Source of the DNA: Azolla caroliniana
Taxonomy: Eukaryota; Plantae; Polypodiophyta
Direction: 5' to 3'
Assembly: GCA_043228905.1 (NCBI GenBank)
Contig: JBHGNT010000013.1
Coordinates: 5,456,001-5,520,000, forward strand
Length of the DNA: 64,000 bases
This document shows, piece after piece, positions 22,821 through 32,919 of the stretch. Position numbers and translations under genes: made by a program. Position 1 is the stretch's first letter. Each line of letters starts with the position of its first letter. The notes below the pieces were generated by a model. That model saw only the letters and a program-made list of their open reading frames with translations. It ran no database searches and was not told where the DNA came from.

Positions 22821-25800
22821 CACCGCAATGTTCGCAAAAGGACAAAAGGTCGAGTCGGATATCGACCTATGGCACAAGCGGTTTGTCCACGTAACTTTCC
22901 CACGGCTTCGTGAAATGCAAACGAAGAACATCATTTTTGGATTATCAAAATTTTCGGGCCGTAATGCCTAATTTTGCGAAGCCTGCCAAATGGGAAAACA
23001 ACACCGACTTCCATTCCCCAACGAGCGTAATCGGAGCCGAAATCTGCTTGATTTGATCCACTTGGATGTGTGGGGACCGGAACAGAACGTGACTCTTGGT
23101 GGAAGCCGTTACTTTGTAACCTTCATCGATTATTTCACTCGGCATACGTGGGCATGCAAGATCGTGAAGAAGAGCAAAGTCTTCGTACGTTTCCTGGAGG
23201 TAAAGAGCCTTGCGGAAAGGGAAACGGGGCATAAGATCAAATGCCTATGGTCCAATGGCTGGAAGGAGTACTTCTCCGACTAGTTCACATGTTATCTACG
23301 GAGGGAGGGAATTGAATGCGAATTCTCGTCTAGATATACGCCGGGGCAGAAAGACGTAGCCGAAAGGAAGAATCAGACGATTGAAGAAGCGGTCAGGGCA
23401 ATGCTTGAAGAGAAGCACATGCCGAAATTTTATTGGGCTGAAGCCATGAGGACGGCTGTGTACTTGCAGAATCGGACTTCTGCTAATGGAGGAGTGTCGC
23501 CACATGAGCTATATTTCGGAAAGAAGCCGAACTTGGCACACTTGAGGATTTTCGGTAGCATCACGTATGTACACGTGCCGAAGGAGAAAAGGAGGAAGCT
23601 GGATGCCAAAGCCGAGAAATGTAACTTGGTCGGCTATTCAGACGAGCGGAAGGGGTATAAGTGTTATAACCCCCGAACAAAGGAAGTACGCATAAGTCCT
23701 GATGTCGTATTCGACGAATCCACTTCGTGGTACTTGCCTTCTTCTCCAATACCTCACAACTCCATTTCGATTTCTGAAGAAGAAGACAGTGAGGCCGAAA
23801 TTCCTTTACACGATGAAGAAATCGGAGCTCTGAGATAGAGTCCGATATCATTTCGGCTGAGTGGGCCGAATGAGGGGTTGGGCCGAGATGGCCAACCAGA
23901 TGAAGAGATGGCGAGTAGTGGAGACTCGGTCGTGATGTCCCCACGTAAGGAACCAAGGAGACGGTTTACGCGCAAGGAGAAGGGGAAGAAGAAGATGTTG
24001 GAATACGATTTTGGTAGTGCCGAGGCAATTTGTAGCGAATCTGATATCGAGCCAGTTAGAAAGGAACCTCTACAAAAGAGGTCAAAATCGGCCGAAAAGG
24101 TCATGAAATCGGGTAATCTCGAATTACGCCGATCTACCCACCAGATGAACCCCGTAAAGTGGTACGAGTATAATGAGTACATGGCGCATCATTATGCATA
24201 TATGACACGAGTGGCGAAAGTGCGTGAGCTAGAGAGCTATGCAGAAGTGGCCAAAGATGCAAACTGGCGTGCCGCAATGGAGGAAGAGATGAGCGCTTTA
24301 ACAGACAATGAGACGTGGGACCTGGTTGACGCACCAAAGGGTGTAAAGCCGATCGGATGTAGATGGGTGTATAAAGTGAAATACAACATTGACGGCTCTG
24401 TTAACCGCTACAAGGCCCGATTAGTAGTGAAAGGATATGCACAGAAGCACGACGTGGACTATGACAAGACCTTCGCGCCAGTCACGAAGATGACCACCGT
24501 GCGAGTCCTGCTCGCCATAGTTGTGGTGAAGGGGTGGCACTTACATCAAATGGATGTAAAGAATGCATTCCTGCAAGGTGATCTTGAGGAACATGTATAC
24601 ATGGTACAACCCCCCAGATTTCTATCCGAATAGAACACTTCGGTGGTTTGCCAATTGAAGAAGTCACTTTACGGACTTAAGCAAGCCCCGTGAGCCTGGA
24701 GCGTGAAGATCATGCAACAGTTGTGTAAGATGGGGTTTGCACCGTCGAAGTTGGACTCTTCACTATTTGTTCGGCAGGGTCAATATAGACCGGTCAACCT
24801 TCTTTTGTATGTTGATGATTTAGTCAACGCGGTGCCGACCTGAATGAAATCCGCCGCGTAAAGTCTCAACTTGCGGCATCATTCGAAATGAAGGATCTTG
24901 GAGATCTTCATTACTTCCTCGGGATCAAAGTGATCCGTACCCCCGAAGGCATATTGATCAGTCAACGTCATTACGCGTTGAATATGAGCTTCAAGTTCGG
25001 GATGGCAGATTGTAAGCCCATCTCGACCCCTCTAGATAGAAACGCAAAGCTTCGCCAAGACTCAGGAAAGTTGTGCGACCCAACACAGTTCCGACTGATT
25101 GTTGGAAGCCTTATCTTTTTGACGATCACTCGGACGGACCTCAGTTACCCGGTCGGCATGATCAGTCAATTCATGTCACAGCCTACAACTGAACACTTTT
25201 AGTGCGTGCAAAGGATATTGCGATATGTTAGCGGCACGAAAGATATGGCGTTGTTGTATCGGGCGTAGCCAAACAGTTAGTTGGCTACACGAATGCCGAT
25301 TGGGCCGGAAATGCCCACGATCATCGATCCACATCAGGATACGCATTCTGTCTGGGAAGTGCGGTGATCGTGTGGAGCAGTAAGAAGCAGCTGACTATAG
25401 CACTGTCGAGATTGGAGGCCGAATATTGAGGGGCAACTGTCGCTACGTGTGAAGTCATTGGGCTGAAGCAGCTATTACGGGATCTACATGTAGAGGTGTC
25501 CGATCCGACGACGATCTATTGTGACAATCTCAGTAGTATCCACCTTGCAAGAAACCCTGTATTCCATGCCCAAACCAAGTACATTGAGGTGCATTACCAT
25601 TTTGTCCGTGAGCGGGTCGTTTCAGGTGAAGTCGAATTGGTGCATGTTTCAACTGATCGGTAAGTTGCTGACATCTTCACCAAGTCTCTTGGTCTCGACA
25701 AGTTACGACATTTCTCGGGTGAGCTTGGGTTGCCTCACCTTGACACGCCGAACTTGAGGGGGAGAAAGGAAGAACAAGAACAAGAGCGTGAAAGGAGCGA

Positions 25801-26086
25801 TGTTGCGGAATCGGATGAAGAATTCAATCTCGAACCGGGTGAAGAAGCCGAAGAAGGGAGCAAGAGCCGTAATTGTAAGAAAGAACCAAGGACAGCCGAA
25901 TTAGGGGGGGAAAAGGCCAAGATCAAGATGTGGTCTGATATTGTCAAAGGCCTGAAGATAGAAGACAAATTGGAGACAACTGATCCGGATGAGAGCGGAA
26001 TTGAATTAGAAGAGTTTGATTCAATCAGAATGATCGATTTAGATATGCCGAATCAACTGATGGCCAAGTGGAGAAAAGGGCAGTGA
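22821..26086 (+). pseudogene. Copia X-1 integrase, RT and RNase H with charged C-terminal extension (disrupted)
   Basis: [44 protein letters not shown], and ...LRG followed by about 110 further aa. Confidence 0.9.
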
Positions 26087-26272
26087 AGAATGTGCCAACA
26101 CCGCGGAAGCAAGGGAGCTGAGAAGGGCCGAACGAGCAGACAAGCCGACTAGAAGGGTCGAGGCACACAAAATCAAACAAGTCAAGGCGAGTGAGCGAGG
26201 CGCGAAACCAGGAGAAGTCGGAGCGTAGATCCTAAAGGTAGGATGGAAACTCAAGTTGAGGTTGAGAGGGAG

Positions 26273-26654
26273 TGTTGAGTGAGAAGCTCAATATTAGGTG
26301 CGTAATACGGCACGTAACCCAGTGCGTAGACTGGACACGTAAGTTAGAATTCCTCATAAGGAATAATTTTGGGAGTGAGTGTCGAAGCTCATTTATGAGC
26401 GGTCAAGTACTTCAGGTACTTGTGTCAGCCTGATTGTCAGGACTTGTATAAAAGGTGCTCACTGAACAGAAGTATGTACAGAGTGTTGTTATTTTTGAAA
26501 TTGAACTATTGTGTGTGCTCTCTCTGTCTCTCTGTCTCTCCACCTCTCCATCCCCATCTCCATCTCAATGTTTTCTGCGTTTACTGAATTGTCTTATTTC
26601 CGAATTGTATACACTGTGTTTATGCATACGCTTCCGCACACGCTATTCTTTACA
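26273..26654 (+). repeat. 3' LTR of Copia X-1
   Basis: Preceded by PPT GAGAGGGAG and followed by TSD AGAAG. Confidence 0.92.
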
Positions 26655-26789
26655 AGAAGATAATGAATTTAGGGTCAACAACCAAAGACCAACTGAAGGA
26701 GAGAAGGACCTATCCGAACGAAACCCAAATGACACTCGAAGAACCGACCGGATTCGAAGCAGAAACCTATCGAGAAACCGTTTGTTGTT

Positions 26790-29693
26790 CGTGTGCTAAA
26801 AATGTAATATTGTTTGGGAATCGTATATGTAATATCTAAAACCCGTAACACAAAGTAGGTAAAAGTAGGTAAACAAATATAATCAAGAAGGAAGCCGAGT
26901 CACATGCAACCAAAAACAAAGGAGAGTAAGAGTGTGGGCCGAAGATAGGCTATATAAGAAGGACAACATAGAGGGAGGGGGAGGTAGAGAGTTAGAAGAT
27001 TAGTCATAAGCATTTGAATTAATCCGGCATATAGCCGTGAATGTGTAATCCGTTATCTATCATATAATACAGTCAGAGTTGGGTTTTAAGCTGTGTCTCC
27101 TTTCGATTTCGTAATTAGACAGTGTTATCTCTTCCATTATTGTTTATTAGTGCTATGATTAACCCGTGAATGTGTCATAACCTTTACGTTTCGAAAAGAC
27201 AGTTTGGGGACTACTCGTACCACACCTTCTCGCCGCACAGAGCGCGTTGAGGAAACAACCGATTTCCGTGCACACATAGCATTCCTCTCTAGACTCACAA
27301 TCCTCGTCCCCTGTCAATCAGGAAGCCCAATCCTCTGCACCCGTACATTCGGACTCACAGTCCCACATTGGTCCGGACAGTGCCATTTGGACTAGTCCTC
27401 CGGAAATTGCACCTTCCACCGAGTGCAACCTTGTTACGACTCCTCCGGACGAACTAGATCTTGAGACAATGCCATATCACCCCTCCGTCCGCTATACGGA
27501 TGGCCCAGATGCCGAACCCCATATACGCTCCTTCCTAAACACATGGCAGGCCAACCATTCGACACAACGGCTCACTGCCATGGAAATCCATGCCTCCAAA
27601 ATCATTGAATTTACGCTTTCCCTCGACGTACTTGTCGCTCGATGGTATTCCCGACACGACCTTGGGGAGTTCACCACATTCCAGGATGTCTGCATGTAGT
27701 TTTTAGAACTATTCCACAGGGAGATCCCCATATGCAAATTGCTTCGCCAGTTTTACATGATCGGACAATGACCTAATGAAACCGTATCCCAATTTGTCCT
27801 TCGCTTCCAAGATCTCTACCGATAACTGGCACAAGATGTCTCAGTCAACCATCTCAAGGACATGTTCCTCGCCAGCCTTTGGGAGCCCCTCTGCACAACA
27901 CTGGCTCTCATGGATTTTGCACAACACACCATCGAGGAAGTAGTAGCTCACGTTCTTGCGCTTGCATGAGCACACCACAATAATTCCTTTGCCATGGGTA
28001 CGCTGCAAGTGGCCTTACCAACACCGGAGGAAACCCAATTCCGACAGGCACTACAATACACGATATGCACCTATGCAGGCCACTCTACCCTTGATTGTCC
28101 TTCCCGACCACACTGGCCCATCTGCCATTCACGGATACATACGATCGAGCAATGTGCGTACAATATGCTGAACCGAATAGCCACAACTACAGTCCACCAA
28201 ATTGATCCTCGCCCCAATCTTGTTCAAACACCCCCACCGACCAGAGAAGCATCGTGACCATGGGAAGAACATCGACCACATTACCACACGACAAACACTC
28301 CCGACACGGCATGCTACAATCGGGAGAATCAATATCATAACGAAACTCAAAACCACCCCAATCAAGCACACCACACAAATGGACACTGCCCTTGTCACCA
28401 GGATCACCACCATTGCTGCAGGGATTACAGCTTCGAGACACCCCGCAATTATCGAGGTTTCCGTAATAATAGAGGTTCCTGATATTTAGGCAACCGTTGA
28501 CATTTTGACAATCGCTGCCGAGATCAACAACACGACAATAATTGGCGTAACCCCCACATAGAGCCCAAGGGCAACACTTCCCAAGGCTATTCCCCACTAG
28601 GATGAGAAGATCAACTTCTAAATCCACCAACAACCTCGTTTGAGCACGACGACCCCAACACTTCGACACCTATCACATGTTTCAATTGCAATCAACCTGG
28701 CCATTCTACCAAACAATGTCCCAATAACATAAGGGGTAAAGCACCAGCCATAAACATGATCACGGTCGACGTACAACAAGTAACCACACAGAGTAAGATA
28801 ACACAACTTTCACAATGGGACACCTAGGACTTAGTTTGGCAACATGCTACAGAATGGGTCGAGGCCGCAAACAACCAAAACATCAACCGTATGAAGGCCG
28901 ACACCGAGACATTCCATCCGCAACAACTCAACCACCCCCAACTCAACAACATGCATCCACCCAGCACCACCACTCCAAAGGAAACAAACACCGGGTGGCA
29001 AGATCTTGCGGACTCTCAAATCTCGATGCCATTGCATAGGTTGCCCTACCTACTTCCGCGTTTCAAGGAAACTATCCATTCCCTCACCTCTTGGGACCCT
29101 GCGCAACCATCGGTGCACCTAATGACTCCAACACTCGGACCTCCTCTGATGGATTTGTAAAATCCAGCCATAGAACTCCTGATCCATAGTCACGAAGCAC
29201 CCGACTGCATAATTGATGGCAGATCCGGTGTAAATGTCATTAGCCAAGCAACATGCACAATGATCGGCATTACCCAATGGGAGCCATGTCCCTTCTGGCT
29301 ACAGATGGTAGACACATAGTCAGTACGCCCAATAGGCCTCATCCGAAATTTGGAATTCACTTTGGGTGGCCATTCCTTTAACGTGTCAGCAGTAATCTTA
29401 AGATTAGAGGCTCCTGGCTCGTACCCTTTCTTGCTCGCCAACCATGGTTACGCACCGCCTACATCAAGCAACATTGGCAAAAGAATATGATCTCATTTCA
29501 ATGAGGCAAAACAAAAGTTCGCATTATGACGAAGGCGCGGACCCTGACTCCACTTGACAACAACCCATTACACGCCGAAGCAGTCCATATGGTAGATGGT
29601 CTCACGGATAATGAGATGAACTCCTTTCTAGAAGAGCACCCCACAATCGTTCCACTTTTTGAAGTTAATGTTCTTTCGGCCATGGAGCCCTAT
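26790..29693 (+). mobile_element. Old truncated relative (D) of the Gypsy A/B/C family: probable LTR, gag and protease
   Basis: LTR-like end GACA at 27201 followed by GTTTGGGGACTAC (degenerate PBS). Peptides PDAEPHIRSFLNTWQANH, WEPCPFWLQM and HPTIVPLFEV. The left boundary is approximate. Confidence 0.8.
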
Positions 29694-30650
29694 GTAGCAT
29701 ATGGCAGCGATGGAGGCCTACAAGGAGCCAATTTGGATGAAGAGTTTCCTCAGCGAACTCGGGATGAAGCAAGAAGAATTCTTGCTCCACTATGATAATC
29801 ATAGTGCCATAAATCTAGCCAAGAATGTTGTGTACCATTCTCAGGCTAATCATATACAAAGAAGGTATCACTCATTGCAAGAGAAGGTAGATGAAGGAGA
29901 GTTTACCTTGGTGAACATCCATACTGACAATAGTAGATCCGACATGTTGACAAAGAACCTACCAATGGACAAAAGTAGAGCTTGTCGACAAAAGATAGGA
30001 TCGATTGACTTCCTCCCACAGGAGTGAAGGGGGAGTTTGTTGGCAATATGTTCTTCCAGTTGGAGGAGCCGACTGTTCGGGTTGAGAAGAGTCGATAGTC
30101 GAAGATAGGGATAAGCCAACTGTTCGGGCCGAGCAAAGCTGACAGTCGAAGACAAGGAGGAGTCGATTGTTCGGGGAGAGTAGACAACTGAAGAGTCGAC
30201 AGTAGAGAGTCGACAGATTAACTATCGATTATTATTATAACTATAATAATACTACTAGCAATGTGTGGTAGGGGCTACACTTGTAAATACTCCATATGAT
30301 GCACGAGTGTATATATATAGGGAAAATATAGACATAGGTGTGTGTGAGCATAGAACACATAGTAGTGTGTGTGAAGCACGAGAGAGCAGAGGAGTGAACC
30401 ATGAAAGAGCGGGCGATAAATATGTGTAACAGCATATGCCAAGAGCTTTGTGTGGCTGATACACTCAACAGAAACAGTGTTGTAACCTCCTCCATTTTAT
30501 ATCCACTGTATAATAAAGCTCTATTCTTCCGTGGTCTTCTCCCGTTTTAGGGTTTCCACGTTAAAATCTGTGTGCACCGTTTTTCGTGTGTGTCTAAGTA
30601 GTATATTTCAGTGTATTCCCTATCGTGGATTAAGAATTCAATTCGCAACA
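29694..30650 (+). mobile_element. Tork-like Copia 3' end: RNase H, PPT and 3' LTR (30038-30650)
   Basis: IWMKSFLSELG..DNHSAINLAKN..SDMLTK, PPT GAAGGGGGAG, LTR TGTTG...CAACA. Confidence 0.85.
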
Positions 30651-30828
30651 AGATAAAGAATTTCAACTCCTGTTTCCATAAGCTTTCTCAAAATGGTGTT
30701 ATTGGTTTAGGGTTTGTTGATGATAATAATGTTGATGAAGATGGTAATGATGGGTGTGATGACAAGCATTGCAAGGTAGTGGTGGAGATTGATCAGCATT
30801 GTGGGGTGGGGGGTGGCACCTAGAATGG

Positions 30829-30844
30829 TGTAGGGTAAGCTAAT

Positions 30845-30904
<60 letters not shown>

Positions 30905-31155
30905 GAGAGAACATCTTTATTCTTCATTCATTACCCATAAGAGGGTTAAATAGTTACAATGAGGTTAGATTTATAAGGGTGCATGACCCTCAAGCCATCC
31001 ATACACATCACCCACTCACACCCTTTCCTATTTGTCCATTGACACTCACACTTACGTTCACACTCATACCCACATACATTTCACATTGACACAACACTAT
31101 ACTCTTTCACCCTCACTCATCACACTCAAATGTCTATACATCTCATACGGTCACA
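30829..31155 (-). repeat. Probable LTR containing a (GA)n microsatellite (30848-30910), abutting a Copia RT fragment (31156-31250)
   Basis: TG..CA bounded. The flank reads KVKYNSKSSINKYKA..AQTHGIDY on the minus strand. The same junction recurs at ~36291. Confidence 0.55.
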
Positions 31156-31456
31156 ATAGTAGTCGATGCCATGTGTTTGCGCCAACCCATTGGCCACCCG
31201 TCCGGCCTTGTACTTGTTGATCGAGCTCTTAGAATTGTATTTCACCTTAGAATTGTGCTTCCTTCACGGCCTCCCTTGGGTCTGGGTGACAAAAGCCCTG
31301 CTAGATGGGCGCAGAAATATTTGCAATGGGATCGAAGCGGATGGCTTTCCGTTCCAAAAGTTTCCGCCGGTCATTCTGAAAGTCTTCCCGAAAAATTAAA
31401 CCGGTCTGAAGGCGATGAGCGAGAAAAGCAACCATTCCCTGATTTGACCTTTTTAT

Positions 31457-31837
31457 TCGTATCGAATTCTTAGGTTTCTCTGTACCATGTTTTAGTCTGC
31501 CTCATCTTCAATCCGGGATTCCCTACGAATCTTTAACTCCTCGAATACGATGATAATTCACACCTAACGAATCTTTCACTCTACCTCCTCTAGCCGTAAC
31601 CGCAGGATGCTCCTATGAATTATAACCCTCGCCAAAGATGTGAGCAATGATATTCCTTCAATTGCTTGAACGTGCCTTGGCTATCTTGCATAAAGCCAGA
31701 TTAGGTTTTTTTAGTGTTCTTGTCGAAACACGCGGGCGTACCCCAAACTTTTAGAGACATTAATTCGAAGCTCAAGTACATGTTTTGTGACGTTTTGCCC
31801 TTCTACAATGACGAAGCAATTAATTTATGGTAGGCGT
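31457..31837 (-). pseudogene. rps12: Mitochondrial ribosomal protein S12, unedited copy in NUMT
   Basis: 127 codons with no indel: ACG start, PTIN*LLRH...STRTLKKPNLALCKIAKAR...GEGYNS*EH...RGGRVKD...IRGVKD...HGTEKPK, ending CGA. It matches rps12 after C/T exchanges only. Confidence 0.92.
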
Positions 31838-32299
31838 ATTTCGCAATCTGTGTTTTTCCTTCTGCGTGCGGCCCCGAAAAGCGTTCATCATGCATCCGCC
31901 CGCTTGACACAGCACTCACCCCTTGACATAACCGAACGATTACCTTTCGGTTGGCGGTAAATCGTTTAGGTCAAGCAACCTGGACTCGCCACTACCGTAC
32001 CTAGGGCCGTCCATTGCGATTATGCCGAGGGCGTCTGCCGTAAGCCTAGCAAAAGAAGAAGATATTGTTGTGATCTGGGAGGCGCGCGCCGTAGTAGCTG
32101 GGGTATCGGTTCTTTCCTCCTTTTATTTTCCCGGTCGGTGCTCTCACCCTCGAAGAAGCATCGATCGGACGATCGCAAGGCGGCATTCTGTTTACGAAAT
32201 TTCCATCGGCGGGCGTGCGTGAGAGGGGTCTGGACGCCGTTTTCTTCCGACCAGAACCCCATTAATTATGACGTTCAACATCACAGTATGCTCAATTCA

Positions 32300-32558
32300 T
32301 TGAGGTAGCCAGTCAAAGGCTACTGGAACGCCGAATACAGAAACTACCCGAGCTAATGATAAAGGCGGGAAGACTTTCCGTCCAAGTCTCATTGGTTAAT
32401 CATAACAATGTCATAGAAATGCTGCGCAAACCCATATATATACGAACGGAAAGAAAATAACCTTTGTGCCAAACCAGATTGAGCCCGGAATTCCCTGGAA
32501 ACTAGGAAGATCTAAAATGGATGGCCAACCTCCCGGGAAAGGCGGTGTACATAGACTA
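32300..32558 (-). pseudogene. nad1: Mitochondrial nad1 last exon (259 nt), unedited copy in NUMT
   Basis: [60 protein letters not shown] compared with canonical YIWVRAAFPRYRYDQLM. Confidence 0.92.
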
Positions 32559-32678
32559 GGAGAGTGAGGGCGCGGCTCTGTGGCCCTTAGCCCAATAGGT
32601 GTATCCACACCCTTCTCAAAGAACCGTACGTGACACTCTCGCGTCATACGGCTCCGTCCCGGGAATGGTATGCTACAG
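32559..32678 (-). ncRNA. 3' end (domains V-VI) of a group II intron, probably nad1i728
   Basis: Domain V GAGCCGTATGACGCGAGAGTGTCACGTACGGTTC at 32621-32654, with a phase-2 junction to the nad1 exon. Confidence 0.88.
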
Positions 32679-32679
32679 A

Positions 32680-32890
32680 CTTCTGCAGTCATGACTAACA
32701 CGACATTGCTCCCCCTGCATAGGTCATCGTGTACCTTGATGTGGATCGGCTTGAGTCTACATCTTCCGACATGTCTGAGTCTGTAAAACCTTCCAACATG
32801 GGTTTCCCGACACCATACCTTAGGCACACCCCCAAGGTGCCTTTTAAGTACCAGAGTATCCACTTCACCATTGCCTAGTGTCACTTCTAA
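32680..32890 (-). mobile_element. Short Tork-like Copia RT/RNase H junction fragment
   Basis: [30 protein letters not shown]. Confidence 0.75.
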
Positions 32891-32919
32891 ATAGGGTCAG
32901 CTTCTGTCTCATACTGGCA

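Larger units (their letters stand above)
1589..26654 (+). mobile_element. Full-length Ty1/Copia element (family X, ~5.7 kb without nested inserts) carrying two nested Gypsy elements
   Basis: LTRs 1589-1977 and 26273-26654 (TGTTG...TTACA). TSD AGAAG at 1584-1588 and 26655-26659. PBS at 1978 and PPT before 26273. Domain order gag-PR-IN-RT-RH. Confidence 0.95.
31261..32678 (-). other. NUMT (nuclear copy of mitochondrial DNA, pre-edited genomic form)
   Basis: Contains group II intron domains V/VI, the nad1 last exon and rps12. Both flanks are Copia fragments. Boundaries are approximate. Confidence 0.9.

Noticed and set aside
32411-32884. 157-aa ORF as a real gene or matR remnant
   Set aside because: It is a chance fusion of an out-of-frame Copia fragment, intron domain V and the nad1 exon.
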